A DNA stretch of 64,000 nucleotides from Lytechinus pictus (taxonomy: Eukaryota), in contig NC_087251.1 of NCBI RefSeq assembly GCF_037042905.1, positions 21,144,001-21,208,000 on the forward strand. The letters run 5' to 3'. Position 1 is the first letter of the stretch; each line of letters begins with the position of its first letter. The position numbers were made by a program, and so were the translations under genes. Under the pieces are notes generated by a model, which saw only the letters and a list, made by a program, of their open reading frames with translations, was not told where the DNA came from and ran no database searches. Below, in pieces: positions 13,111-27,811 of this stretch.

Positions 13111-16100
13111 TAGTTACTCACTTACCCGTGATGAGCCAAATGAATTGTGTTTTGATACAGGATTGGGTTTGGAATCCAAAGAGGTTTCAAGTATACCTTG
13201 TGAGTTTCGATTAACTTTCACCACCTCGAATTCAAATATACAATGCGTTTCTGATGAACGGCTTTTTTGGTGTGCAAGTATTCCATAAATTAACTTCGAA
13301 GAAGAGAAACTCAGAATCATCTAAACAGTCATACCTATATTTACAATATATAGATAACAAAATGAATGCATAAAAGCTGAATAATTATACATGCTATAGT
13401 GGCATACTTAGAAAAAACGGGGCAAAAATATTCTGACAACTAGCAAAAGTGGTTAAAGATTCATGCCATATACAAGAGCACTTTCCGGTCAGAGATTGAA
13501 TTTATTAGAAATCTCTAATATCGAGGTAGATCAGAATGATAATGATACAATAAATGAATTTGAGAAAAAAAGATACGGTCGTCACGGGTTCATGAAATTA
13601 TAAACATAGTATACTGGGTAATCGGATGAAACAAGTACTTACCAAATTCCCCTAAAAAGAATGTTGCTATATAACTAGAATGGGAAATTCGGTCATGGTT
13701 AATGCTGAAAAAGCAATTATCTATGCACAACACTACAAAAAAAAAGTGCTACGCCAATTATGATAGTAATAATGATTTTATATACCGCAAATTCGCATAT
13801 TGCCTCTAAGCAGTTAAGATAAGGGAAATATGAAGTATAAAAGAAATAGAAATACTATGCACAACAAAATGTATCAAAACTAATATTACAATTTACAACT
13901 AGTTCTCACCAGATCAGGAATAACCATCAAATTTGCCAATAAACATAATCAACTTAAGATTTAAAAATATGAGTCAATTATAGAGTCAATGATGACTCTC
14001 ACTCACTACTTAGCCGTATTTTAATGAGTTGTAGGCCTTTTATTTTTTCAATGTTGTAGATTTGAAAATAATGAGACTCTTGGTAAAATCACAATAGTTT
14101 ACAACAATGTTCTATTCGATCCTTTCTCAACATATTCTATATGTTAAGAGGAATCAAATTTTATTCACATTATAGACCTAAGGAGAAATTCAAATATATA
14201 TCATCTGATAAAAAAATACAAGAGAAATGTGAGTGGATGTCCGCTCAGGATGCGCCAGGAGCGGTGGGACCGGGGGGTGTGGCAGGGGTTGCACTCATCC
14301 CTCCCCCCAAAAAAATCCCCGTAGAAAAAATCCCTCTTTAAAAATTGGAAAATGCCTTTTTTAAAAATAAAATGTGCGCTTTTTCAAAATGAAATCCTCT
14401 TTTTGAAGTAAAACGTTCTTATTTTACATGTTTATTTTGAAATTTCAGCATTAAATATGATAGGTTTGTCTCTTTCTATTTAAATCAATGTTTGTTCGGA
14501 CGGGCTTGACCTTTAAAAGATAAGAAGTCAATAACCTAGCCAATGGTTCGTCTTCTCCCTGCAAGGCGCAAAACAACATATATTTTTTATTTTTACCTCG
14601 GGGTTTCTTAATTTCGGACAGTAATTTATGTTGTTCTATCCTCAGCTTCATAGGCTTCATAAATTGAAAGGACAGCATTGTACTCCCAAATGAGCAAAAC
14701 TCAACTTGGGAATGGACTAGTTAAATATGCATGAATTTCTAGCCAAATGAGCCTCTGTCATTATATTTTTAAGTTTTCAAAATGATCCCAAATGACAGCA
14801 GAATGTAAATATATTTTTCCTATAAATTTGACTGTTAAATAACATACAAAAAAGTCTACAATTTTCTCCCAATTTCATTCTAAATCCATTACATTTAATT
14901 CGTTGCAATTCCACAATTTCGAAAAAAAAAATCTTGATAAAAGATGTTCTCTTTTTTCAATGGAAACAAAACCCTCCTCGATATAAGTTTCTACTTATGC
15001 ATACGATTTCTTTACATGATCGCTTTTAGATCGAATATTAATCAACTGATCAAGTAATTTCCTCTTTGTCTTTTGCTCTGGTTTTATTCGTCAATCAATT
15101 TATGTTGGTCTATGATTGCTGAACACTGTCTAATAAGTTATAAATAAACCTTTCTGAAACTTATCTAATTCACAATATATACTCTCATTTTATCACTTTG
15201 TTTCAGTTCTGTCATTATTCTTTGTAGAAGAAAAGTCTTTATCCAATGTGCTGGCAAGGACGAGGTTGGTGTGGAGATTACATGGCTAATTTAAAGCTTC
15301 GAAAAAAGTCAAGGTCAAATTAAAGGCATGTATATCTATCTCAATTGGAATGACTTTGTGCTAATTGTACATCTGGAATGGGAAGATCGAATTACACTTC
15401 GTTGAAGTGATCGCGTCATCAGTAGATGGATCAATGATGTAGGTTTCCCTTTATCGGGGGGGGGGGGGGAGGGGCTAGAGTATAAACAAATTAAAGTGGA
15501 TTTCAGATGCTAGCAGCATTCTGCATATAGATAACAGGTACATTACATGCCAATGAACTTCTAAATATATTTATCGATAATTGTTGTTAATCATATTTTC
15601 GGGGGAAAGGAGGGCATGGCATTCCCTACCACCGCGACACACCAGTCCACCACCATCATCACCATGCTCTAGGGATGATCAGTCCCATTAAATGAGAAAC
15701 CCCCGACTGGCTTTCAAACCAAGAACGGTTACGTTTCCATCCCAGATAATCACGCCAAACATACAAGAGGAATTAATTTCCTTTCAGCACCAGCAATTAA
15801 GTTATAATCTCTTGATGAAGTACAATTCCTTTACCTCCTCCAACTGATTTTTGTTCACATACACTTGGACGGATCGTAATGCGCCAAAATTGCATTCAAG
15901 GAAAGTCAAATTATATTAAACCGGGGTAGGATGTGGAAGCTTTACGATATATTCCTGTGAGAAGTAACTCGATCATGGCTGTTCTCTGGAAAGTTGAAAG
16001 CGATTTGAGTTATGAGTGCGAGTTGATGCGACGCCAGATTGAGGAAAAACACATTTTGCTTCCGTCCGTGTACATAAAAACACAATGGTGTAAATCAAAT

Positions 16101-16127
16101 TATTAAGACAATGCGACAAATATTACA

Positions 16128-17100
16128 ACAAGTGGAATGCCTCTGGCCGTCTCACCTGCATCACGCGATTCAATATAGCAGCAGTGCTGATTTTGAAAAC
16201 TACTATAACTCGCACAAGATGTTCAGTGATACTTGGTTACTCTTATTTCCACGTTTTATATGAACTAGACCAATACACTTATAGAGATATGATGGCAATT
16301 CAACAAATACCCCCAACGTGGCCAAAGTTCTTTGACCTTACATGACCTTTGACCTTGATCATGTGACCTGAAACTCGCACAGGATGTTCAGTGATACTTG
16401 ATTACTATTATGTCCAAGTTTTATGAACTAGACCAACACACTTTCAAATTTATGGCTGTAATTCAACAAATACCCCAATTTGGCCAAAGTTCATTGACCC
16501 TAAATGACCTTTGACCTTGATCATGTGACCTGAAACTTGCACAGGATGTTCAGTAATACTTGATTACTATTATGTCCAAGTTTCATGAATCAGATCGATA
16601 AACTTTCAAAGTTATGATGGTAATTCAACAGATACCCCCAATTCGGCCAAAGTTCATTGACCCTAAATGACCTTTGACCTTGGTCATGTGACGTGAAACT
16701 CATGCAGGATGTTCAGTGATACTTGATTGACCTTATGTATAAGTTTCATGAACTAGGTCCATATATTTTCTAAGTTATGATGACATTTCAAAAACTTAAC
16801 CTTAGGTTAAGATTTTGATGTTGATTCCCCCAACATGGTCTAAGTTCATTGACCCTAAATGACCTTTGACCTTGGTCATGTGACATGAAACTCAGGCAGG
16901 ATGTTCAGTAATACTTGATTAACCTTATGGCCAAGTTTCATGAACTAGGTCCATATACTTTCTAAGTTATGCTGTCATTTCAAAAACTTAACCTAAGGTT
17001 AAGATTTGGTGTTGACGCCGCCGCCGCCGCCGCCGCCGTCGCCGTCGCCGTCGGAAAAGCGGCGCCTATAGTCTCACTCTGCTATGCAGGTGAGACAAAA
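16128..17100 (+). mobile_element. Helentron-associated non-autonomous element (HINE/Tsp/DINE-1-like) with internal tandem array
   Basis: Subterminal inverted repeat gtctcacctgcat / atgcaggtgagac. Tandem units of ~162-192 bp (atgacctttgacc at 16342, 16504, 16667, 16859), then a (GCC)n microsatellite and short hairpin, ending in an A run. A second copy is at 25832. Confidence 0.8.
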
Positions 17101-17950
17101 ACCTAGAAAAAACCCTGCTTGTCTTCAGAATGCGCCAGAGGGTAACGAAGGTGTCCGTTAAAAGAAAAGTCTCTGCATATTTTATGCCCTACATCCATCT
17201 AAATCGGTTCATCATTTTACCCCTTTGCCTATTGCTCATGTTTTCATCTAATAGGTGTATGGGGGTGTGATGAGCTCCGTCTGTCCCCCAACCCACATCC
17301 CTCTCTCACTCACTCGCTCTCTTTCCTCTTTTACCTAATACATTTTTTCAAGCATGTGTAATATCACCAGTGCCCCTGTTCCAACAAGTAGGTCCTATCA
17401 AGTGTTTGTGTCGTTCCAGCCGGTAGAAATCCCACAACTGGATCATGTTGCGTGCACCCTTTCATTTCCATTCAATACTACAGTAAGCAGAGGACCACCT
17501 AAACCAAACAAATTCTCAATGGACTTTCAAGTAACCAGTCATCCAACATTGTCCGAGATGAAAAAAAAAACCTATATGGAAGTGTTTTACAAATACATAA
17601 TTGTAGCTGAAAGACGCACATTGATTCTGTTGGTCAGATTATGGTTTATAATAATCATAACAAGGGAACGCGCACAACTACTATACGAGGCCATTGTAAT
17701 CATTCGTCGCTATGGCTAAATTGCGGAACTAAGGCATGACTTCATCATGTTTTTTGTGCGAAAGGGCTTGAATTTGAAAGTAAGCAATTTTCTTATAGCA
17801 GATTTTTTTACATATTGGTGAAGCAAAAGTATACATATATACACAGGGGCTATTTATATGAAGAAATGTATTCATTTTCATTTTCTTAATTCAAGAGTAA
17901 TAAAATAAGAATTTTTAAGAGAAAAGGGGAGAGGCTTTGAAACGGTAGAC

Positions 17951-19893
17951 CAGGGGCCTATTTCATAAAGGTACAGCGTCAGCGTCAAGTCCCAAAACAG
18001 CGTCAAATCTTCACCTGCAGCGTCAAATTAAATATTTGACGCTGCAGCGCATTTCATAAAAAGTTGACGCTCCAGTAGGAGCGTCAACTTTTTACTGGAA
18101 CGACAAGTATGGTTACTGGAGCGTCAAATAGGGTTAAATATTTGACGCTGGTCATGGGGGAGCGTCAAGTTGACACTGTAAAGGGTTTTTCATTGTTAAG
18201 AATGGTGTACGTTGTGCTCAGGCATGCCCAAAGGGCTCTTACAAGAGAACAGATATTTAGAGCAATGTCTGTGATAATGCTGATAAAGAAAATATTAATG
18301 TAATGCTTTCTAGTAGAAATGCTGTTTCTTTTTTTTTGTTCTACCTACCCCCCAAAAAAAAAAAAATCTAAAAATTCCTCCGAAACAGCAAATTTTTCAG
18401 TCTTTCCCAGGGCAGGCAAAGGGAAAAAAAGGGAGGCAAGTTATAGACAGACTTTAAAAAAAAAAAAATTGAGAGGATTTTTTTTCTTGTGGGAAAAAAT
18501 AGAGGAAGGTAGATTTATTATGTGGAAGTGTTTAATGCAAGGCCTAAATTAAAAAAGCCCTAGGCCATAAAAAAGGTTACACTTCGTAATTCCGAAGGTC
18601 CGTAATTCCGAAACACGTAAATTGCCTATACCTCGATGTTCGTTAATTTCCGAAGGTTCGACAATCCGAAAACGAAATAAGGTTTGATGTTCCGAAGGTT
18701 CGTTAATCCAAGAACGAAATAAGGTTCGTTGTTCCGAAGGTTCGTTAATCCGAAAACGAAATAAGGTTCGTTAGTCCGAAAACGAAATAACGTTCGTTAA
18801 CCATTTCGTTTTCGGATTAACGAACCTTCGGAATTACGAACCTCACTTCGTTTTCGGACTAACGAACCTTCGGAATAATGAAGCTTCGGAATTACGAATG
18901 TATGCAATAAAAAAATGATTGCTTTTTTTTTCTGTTTCTGACTTTCTCAACAAAAAAAAGTTGTGGCCATGGCATTGTTGAATCCATTTACTGAATGGTT
19001 ATTCACCGTTGAAACCGATAACTTAAAAATCATTTCCATTTTGAACAAAAATAATCTTTTAAGGTCATTTTCGATGTTTCATGCATAATTAGAGCCTACA
19101 AATTTACTTGCTTCAGGGTGATCATACAGCACTGCACCAGCAGTGGGCCGCCGCCTGCCTTGTTGTTGATACAACCTTGCATTACCGACACAAATAGTCA
19201 AGTGTGGGACTGGGATTAAACTTGTACGGTAGAAAATTTGTTGAAGGTGAAATTTCGACCGGCAATAATAATAAATTTTCCCCCTTTTTAAAATAATTTT
19301 TTCCCTGGCATAGGGCTAAATGAAATCAATTCTCTGAAAACTTACACAATGGAGAAACAATGCTATGCCATCCTGTGACAAATAGATATTTTCTTCTTAC
19401 TCTCTTCTAGAATTGCAAACTATCGCCATAGAGCCATCACTCTGCTTCAACTGCTAGTCTTATGCTGCAGACCCTGTTTGCAGCTGCTAAATAATAATTT
19501 CGCTCCCGAAAAAATTAATAAGCAAAAAAATAATAATATTCTCTTTCAATTTTTCTTCTTCTAATTTTGCTTCTCAAAGGTGGGGGGGGGGGGGCACGGG
19601 CCGGCTGTGCCCCCCCCCCCCTGCATCCGCCAGTGCTTTCTACCAAAACTTATGACTTGAATTGAAAACAAAAAACTGGAGAGAAAGGGGATTTCCCCCT
19701 AATCAGCCTCGTACATGACTATTCAAATAAATAGCTGGAAAGTCAAGCTGACTTTCCAGCGAATGTGCTTTAATGAAATGCAAAGTTGCTAGCATAGCAA
19801 GTTGCTAGCATAGCAAATAAAAGCTGCTATTCTACCAGAGTTGCTATGATAGCAACTTGCTATGATAGCAACTCTTTATGAAATGGGCCCCTG
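17951..19893. mobile_element. Harbinger-like element or composite of two related elements
   Basis: Inverted ends gaccaggggcctatttcataaag / ctttatgaaatgggcccctggtc. The left arm has cagcgtcaa/ttgacgctg repeats and the right arm has tgctatgatagcaac repeats. Confidence 0.55.
18575..18906. mobile_element. Foldback MITE built from ttcgttaatccgaa(aacgaaataa)gg repeats, nested in the element above
   Basis: Inverted ends ttcgtaattccgaag / cttcggaattacgaa. Possible 8-bp TSD ataaaaaa on both sides (Merlin-like, tentative). Confidence 0.65.
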
Positions 19894-20346
19894 GTCATGA
19901 ACGCATTCCACATTTTTATACTACATATTGGAGAATCCGATGTAATGAGAATTCGTTTGTAAGAAAACAATAAAGAATTTGATGTTGACATTTTCCTTTT
20001 CTTTGGGAAGAGGTTGAAGTGGGTGGGTACCCCATCCCGCTACGGACAGACATGCAAGTGGAGCCGGATGTAGTGAAACAACCTATGATACAGTGAGACT
20101 GAATCTTTGGTCAAGAAGGTATGAAAATAAATTTCTGCGTATCAAATACCAACGATACGATGTCAATACGAAGCTTTAAAGGTATTTCAAATGAAACGTG
20201 AGTGTTACATATCGACGCTGATGTGTAAAGTCGGTGTGAAGATGGTAAAATGATCACGTCTTGAATTACGTCCGAGATTCTTAACGCCATGAAATAGATC
20301 CCATGATTGTAAGCAACAAGCCAAATTAGAGAAGAATCTGCATAAT

Positions 20347-20590
20347 TACTGAAATGCAAACCTCACCGGGAGCTTATTTGGGAAAGGATATATTTCACAT
20401 TGATCTGAATATTTTTGTGTCTTCAACAGGTGTATAGCAACCCTGCTGCTCGTTGACCTAAATCAAATGTAAACATTAAACCATTAGGTCTCTGCCTGAC
20501 TCTGAATGGTTGCAGATAGATATATGGAGGACTTTTAAACATTTAACTAACTTATTAAAACAAACTGTAAGCTATAAATTTGTTATATGA

Positions 20591-20644
<54 letters not shown>

Positions 20645-20803
20645 TCTGCTTCGGCATATGGAATAAAATAATCACAAAAGGTTTAGAAATTAAATCGTAG
20701 ATTTTAAAGGAGCATAGCTCTCAAAAAATAATATATATATATATGTATATATATTACTTATAAAATCGTAGATTTTAAAGGAGCATAACTCTAAAAAAAG
20801 TAT

Positions 20804-20834
<31 letters not shown>

Positions 20835-21341
20835 AAATATATATAAAGCAAAATATATTTAAAAAAATATATAAAGCAAAATATATATAAAGCGTATATA
20901 TATACATTATATACTGAAATGCAAACCTCACCGGGAGCTTATTTGGGAAAGGATATACTTCACATTGATCTGAATATTTTTGTGTCTTCAACAGGTGTAT
21001 AGCAACCCTGCTGCTCGTTGACCTAAATCAAATGTAAACATTAAACCATTAGGTCTCTGCCTGACTCTGAATGGTTGCAGATAGATATATGGAGGACTCT
21101 TAAACATTTAACAAACTTATTAAAACAAACTGTAAGCTATAAATGTGTTATATGAATGTATATATATATATATATAGAAATAGTCTGCTTCGGCATATGG
21201 AATAAAATAATCACAAAAGGTTTAGAAATAAAATCGTAGATTTTAAAGGAGCATAGCTCTCAAAAAAATAATCAATATATATATATGTATATATATTACT
21301 TATAAAATCGTAGATTTTAAAGGAGCATAACTCTAAAAAAG

Positions 21342-21387
<46 letters not shown>

Positions 21388-21482
21388 AAATATATATAAA
21401 GCAAAATATATAAAGCAAAATATATAAAACAAAATATATAAAGCAAAATATATATAAAGCGTATATATATACATTATATATA
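20347..21482. repeat. Near-identical tandem duplication, unit ~565 bp, containing (TA)n microsatellites
   Basis: tactgaaatgcaaacctcaccgggagc starts at both 20347 and 20912. The copies differ mainly in (TA)n length and a few substitutions. Confidence 0.92.
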
Positions 21483-22357
21483 TATATACACGCAATCACA
21501 ACTAACTTCAGTACCCTTTTCATTTTATTTTCAATAACGATATTAACGTCTTCGGCCTGCTTTGGTCAAACACTCATTCATACTCGTAATCGTGACGTTT
21601 GAGAGCTCGACTCTGTATTGGGGATTCTTCACCCATCAACCTTTCCAATCGTAATCTTTTCTAGCTTTTTCGTCACGTCTTGGTATTTGCATTTCAAGTG
21701 GTATCTCCCCCATTGGGGGTGTCAGAGATCGCAATCAAACACTCTTAATGTGAATACAATAGAGTCTATTTCATTCACTTTCACTAAATCGCTTTTAGAT
21801 TCACCCACCATTCATCTAAATCATGAAGATGGTCAAGTGATATTCAACTAATGGATTTAGAATGATTATATTCACGAATCCTTCAATTATCCGATTAGAT
21901 GGATTTCTGATGAATCAGTTTACTTTCCTAATGACATTTATTGGTTTGCGTAATTGCTTTGATACCTACACCACTATCTTATGTTGTATTCAAAACTCGT
22001 ACAGACCTTTCAATACTCGGATGAACGACTACATATTTCCAATGACCAATGTCATTCTCATTATTACCATTCTTGTTCTCGTCATCATTCGTGTACCTAT
22101 CATCACCATCATTACTATAACTCGTAACCATTTTATCGTAATATATGCTTTTAATAATATAATCACAGTCTTATATGAACAAATATAAGATGGCTTTCCT
22201 CCGTTTCCCTATATAGCACAATCTAATCACTGTTTCCGTCTGGCAGGGAAGGAGGGGTCATTGCCAGCTGGGACAATTTTCATTTCAGGACCAATTCGTG
22301 CAAAAATATTTCATTAAACCAATGCACTTGCAGTTTATCGCATCAGACTCCAAGAAG

Positions 22358-22562
22358 TATTTTTTTTAATATATATTTTTTTAAACAAGTCCACATCTAG
22401 TTATCAATAATGCATATAGCATTTCCATTTATTTGAAAGCAGGATGAAGAGCATTGTAGATTAAATGCCTTGCTCATGGGCATAGGTGCCGCGGTCGGGG
22501 ATCGAACCCCGGACTTTCCATGTAAAGCCAGGCGCCTTAGACCACTCGGCCACGGCACCTCC
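22358..22562 (-). mobile_element. tRNA-derived SINE
   Basis: Minus strand reads GGAGGTGCCG-TGGCCGAGTGG (A box)...GGTTCGATCCC (B box), then a CORE/V-like segment cccatgagcaaggcatttaatc and an A-rich tail. Confidence 0.8.
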
Positions 22563-24789
22563 TTAATACAGCTTATTCACAAAGATAAGACCCTTTCACA
22601 AAACAAATTGTGTCTATACTAATGGAATTTTTTAAAGAAAACTATTATAATATAGCTTAAAATGTCAATGCTTTCATATCTAATAAAGATATGAATGTGT
22701 TCACTATGTGTCAAAAGTAAAAACAAAAATAATAATCAACTCTTTCAATTAATTTTCGTCGGTAATTTTACATTTATAATTCATACCTACGGAAGGGGGG
22801 GGGGTCGGCTCTGAGAACACATCTTTTATTTCATTGGAAATAATTTGGTATACAAATGATGCACCATTGTACCATTCATTATACCAACTCTGTTCAATAT
22901 ATATTTACATGTATGTATTTTGATCTTTTATTTATGAAGTATTTCTTATGTCGATTATTTTTAGATTGAATGAAATAGTGAACTGAACTAAATTGAAGTG
23001 ACACTGGACTGAATTAAAAAAAAAAACAGCATTGAAACTAAGATCTAATGAAGATATCAACATGGTTTTTTCCTACAGATGTATACTATATTTGATGCTA
23101 TATCTGGGCAGCGTGTGCCCATTACCATCCAGAACCGAAATTCCTCCTGATATTGGATTAAAAACAAACCACTAAAGATAATTTAAGCACCCACATAATA
23201 AGATAAATGAATATGATAAACAAATAATTTCATCCGTTTTTGTGTTCCGAAATGATTTGCTGATTCAATTCGGGAGGGCAGGGGCGGATAGAGGAGGTAC
23301 TGCTAATGGAGAGTAGCTTCTATAAATTAAAATGCATTTTTCTAGAGGGGGGGGGGGGCAGTGGTTAAGTGACAAATTTGCCACTTTAGCAGCACGGGTA
23401 AAACAGATTTGATACTCAAGTCATAGAGTTCTAAATAGGGTCTTTTCGCACATTGGTGCTAAATGTTCCGATTCACCGACCCTCGACAAAAACTTCATTG
23501 TGATTCGGAGACTTAGCGGTGGTGCATTGGCTGCATTGTTAGGATTCATTCTGCGCCGCTGTGCGAAAACTCCGTATACAGGTATAGTATAGAGTGGAAT
23601 AATTAGGTTCCGATGCTGTATTTTTATGGTAAGCTTTAACTGACGGGGGGGGGGGGGGGTTTAAGTATGCCTAGAACGATATATTATGCACTGACATATC
23701 AACGTACCTGGTTCATTGCGTAATCCACATTTTGGATGGAACACTCTCACATCCACATCCCCCAGATGCAGCGCTATGATGTCAGAGATACAAAGGAAAT
23801 AATTCAAAGATAATACAATATTTATAGTGACAACTCGGGCAAAAATGGCTGCAACGACCCTTTTGTCAACCTGGGTAAGAAAAACTCAATAATCTAATTT
23901 ATAACTAAAATGTTTATGGAGAGTGTCAAAACTTGATTAATGGCAAATATTCAAATAGTTCCATGATAAAAGATTAAAGGATGCATGACCTCTTCCTCCT
24001 CTGCTTCTTCCTCCTTCTCTTCATCCTCATTATTTCCCTCTTCACCCTGTCCCCCTCCTCATCCTTTTCAGTAGGAATATTAACCGTAAGTGAAATAGTT
24101 TTGAAGAAAAAAAACCGTTATTTATAGAAGCCAAGTGTGTCCTCACCTAGTTAATCACAAAAGAACACTTAAGTGGGAGAAATGGGAGTTCTATTTTCAT
24201 ATCGTATATTTCAATCAGCCATTTAGTACGTGTGCATATTGCACTCATCAATTACAATTCATAATGCACCCAGTCAGACCCCGAACATTTAATACCCAAG
24301 GTTGAAAATTTACGTTCAGACATATAAATTGACACTTTACGGTAAAAAAAATCTGGAGTACGAAAGGATAAATTAACTTCAATAATACAGGGCTTGGCAG
24401 TGCTCGCTTCTTCATGCTCTATTTGCGCGGCGTTCCGTGGTTAATTGAACGATAAAATCAAGAGCATGTTCTAAAAATGCAATTGTATTAAGTACCCTAA
24501 GTCGTCCCGATGGGACCCGTTAAATTTCCCGTATTAGGATTTTATCAGGATTACTCGCATCAGAGATTATAACATGCAATATACATGAAGATGCTGAGAG
24601 AACGATCTCAGAGGGCTTTCTGGACAATTTGATTGCTAGGAATGAACGAGTATTTCAAGAAAATGCGGTTAATATCACTTCTTTCATTGGCCGTATGAAA
24701 ATAACGGACCCCTTCTCGTTCTACATATTTTGAAGAAAAAAAAATCAACTGCAGCTCACATTTGTTTTCCTTTTCAAAATATTCAAGAA

Positions 24790-24896
24790 ACAACAACGTC
24801 TACTACTACTACTACCACCACCACCACCACCATCACCACTACTACTTCTACAACTATACTACTACTAGTAGTTATTCTGCTACTACTACTACCACC

Positions 24897-24929
<33 letters not shown>

Positions 24930-24937
24930 CCTATTAC
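24790..24937. repeat. (CTA/CCA)n microsatellite, left part
   Basis: Runs of ctactacta and ccaccacca; the tract resumes at 28044 after the inserted transposons. Confidence 0.9.
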
Positions 24938-24974
24938 CAGGGGCGGAAATCTCCCCCAAAAGTTAGGGGGGACA

Positions 24975-27811
24975 CAGGGGCGGATCCAGCCTTCGCCAAT
25001 AGGGGGGGGGGGGGCGGAAATTCGTTTCAGCCATATTTTCCCCGATCGGCAGCTCGAAGATAATTTGTGTTTGTTTCTTTGAAGGAATAGTCCTCATTAG
25101 TAACTTCTTAGCTTCATTGTTATAACTTCATATATAATATAATAATCCTTATTTATATGCTGCGAGCGCGAAGCGCGAGCTAATTTTTTGGATTTTTCCC
25201 CCTAAAATTTGAACATTCTGGGCAATGTTTGTTATCCTGAAAAAAATGTGTATGCAACTTAATAATTAATACGAACGCAAAGCGCGAGCAGAAATGAACT
25301 GATAAAAAAGATACCTGTTAAAGACTGCGTGCAGTTAGCATTTAACAATCAAATATTGCAAGCGCGAAGCGCGAGCTGATTTTTTTTGACATTTTCACCT
25401 AAAGAATGGAAATTCTAAGCACTTTTTGTAACTCAAGCACAATATGTATATAAGTAGACAGTTAATGCGAAGCGCGGGCGGAAAATTTCGAGATTTAGTC
25501 CTATAATATTTACTGGACGAGACACTCTATTCATGTTTTGTAAATCATGAAAAGGATGAGTATTAATAATGCGAGCGCAAAGCGCGAGCAGAAATTTTTT
25601 ATATACGTTTTGAACTGGTACCTGTTAATGACTGCTTGCACTTAGCCATGAAGGCGTTACATATTTCAACAATTAAAAAAAAAGGGAGCGCGAGCTGAAA
25701 AATTTAGAAAATTTCTAAAGAAAGAATGGAAAATTTTAATCAATTTTTGTAATCGTGAACTGGATAGCTATATAATTCAACAATTCATGCGAGCGCGAAG
25801 CGCGAGCAGAAAAAAATCGAGATTTAGACCTAACGAGTGGAACGCCTCTGGCAGTCTCGCCTGCATTACGCAATTTAATATAGCAGCAGTGCTAACTTTG
25901 AAAACTACTATAAAATAATCATTAACAAAAACATCATTCATATAATGACATAATACCACGTTCATTGACCATAAATGACATTTGAACGGAGACTTAAGAC
26001 TTGTCAACTACACCCATGTCCACATTTCATTCACTCTATCCATAAACTTTCAAAGTTATGATGGCACTTAAACAATTACCCCAACATGGCCTAAGTTTTT
26101 TTTACCTTAACTGACCTTTGACTTGGTTTTGTGACCTGAAACTCACAGGGGATGTTCAGTGATGCTTGATTACTCTTATATCCCAAGTTTTATGAACTAG
26201 ATCCATAAACTTTCAGAGTTAGGATGGTAATTCAACAAATACCCCCAACACGGCCAAAGTTCATTGACCTTAAATGACCATTGACCATGGTCATGTGACC
26301 TGAAACTCGCACAGGATATTCAGTGGTACTTGATTAACCTAATGTCCAAGTTTCATGAACTAAATCCATAAATTTTCAAAGTAATGATGGTAATTCAACA
26401 AATACCCCTAACTTGGCCAAAGTTCATTGACCCTAAATGACCTTTGACCATGGTCATGTGACCTGAAACTCAGGCAGGATGTTCACTAATACTTGATTAA
26501 CCTTATGTCCAAGTTTCATGGACTAGATCCATAAATTTTCAGTTATGATAGTAATTCAACAAATACCCCCAACTTGACTAAAGTTCATTGACCCTAAATG
26601 ACCTTTGACCTTGGTCATGTGACCTGAAACTCGAGCAGGATGTTCACTAATACTTGATTAACCTTATGCCCAAGTTTCATGAACTAGGTCCATATACTTT
26701 CTAAGTTATGATGTCATTTAAAAAACTTAACCTTCGGTTAAGATTTTGAAAATAATTTTCCCAACATGGTCTAAGTTCATTGACCCTAAATGACCTTTGA
26801 CCTTGGTCATGTGACCTGAAACTCAGGCAGGATGTTCAGTAATACTTGATTAACCTTATGTCCAAGTTTCATGAACTAGGTCCATATACTTTCTAAGTTA
26901 TGATGTCATTTCAAAAACTTAACCTTAGGTTAAGAATTGATGTTGACGCTGCCGCCGCCGTCGGAAAAGCGGCGCCTATAGTCTCGCTCTGCTATGCAGG
27001 CTAGACAAAAATGGGCCACTCTGTTCATGTTTTGTAAACAGCCATAGGCTGATCGAGGGCTTTTTACCGTGTTTAAATAAAATAAATCAATCAAAATCAA
27101 TGTTTTGTAAATCATGAAAAGGATGAGTAATAGGGGGTCTTCCTACATTAATAATGCGAGCACAAAGCGCGAGCAGAAAAATTTTGATATTGTGATCTGA
27201 AACTGGATACTGATTTAAATAGAGAACAAGTTGAGTATTTGAATAAACATGCGCGCGAGTGTTTCATATTTAGACCTAGAATCTAGGCATTCTAAATACA
27301 TCTTAAATCATGAAACTTTGATATTCCGATCTGAAAAATGAGAAAAGGGATATTTTGAAAATTTTGGAATACACGAAAATAATAGATACCTGATAAATAA
27401 AAATTTGCGAGCACGCAGCGCAAGCGGCAAATGTTGATATAATTATTCAGACCATAAAACTGACATTTTTACAGAACACTTTAAAAAAATCAATTTGTAG
27501 ATCACACAAAATAATGAAAGTTCGATTTCCGAGGAGAAATATGTTTTGTATATTGACTTCCAAACTTGATATCTGAGCTCCATATTAAACAAGATAACAG
27601 GCAATGCGAGCGTAAATTTTATATAGTGGCACGAAAGATTATTTTTATTTTCCAAGTCTTCCCCTCATCTTATTTTATGCACTCGTCGTCCTTCTCTTCT
27701 TTTTCTCCTTTCTTTTCCCTCCTTTTTCATTCTTTCTTTCCCTATTTTTCTTTTCTTTGTTCCGCCAATAGGGGGGGGGGGGGTGCCTCGGCTCCCCTGG
27801 ATCCGCCTATG
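24975..27811. mobile_element. hAT-like element with gcgagcgcgaagcgcgag subrepeats (middle element of the nest)
   Basis: TIR caggggcggatccag / ctggatccgcctatg with gggaca repeated on both flanks. Many gcgagcgc(g/a)aagcgcgag motifs inside. Confidence 0.78.
25832..27011 (+). mobile_element. Second HINE/Tsp-like element (inner element of the nest)
   Basis: Same family as 16128-17100: gtggaacgcctctggcagtctcgcctgcat start, tandem units, and a gccgccgtcggaaaagcggcg...atgcaggctagacaaaaa end. Inserted in an A run of the host repeat. Confidence 0.82.

Noticed and set aside
16200..16990. CRISPR-like array
   Set aside because: The whole unit is repeated with no unique spacers, the context is eukaryotic, and there are no cas genes.
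22485..22562. Functional tRNA gene
   Set aside because: It has A and B boxes, but no clean anticodon arm is evident and it continues into a SINE body and tail.
23521..23540. miR-33-like sequence gtgcattggctgcattg
   Set aside because: Partial resemblance only, with no precursor hairpin visible.
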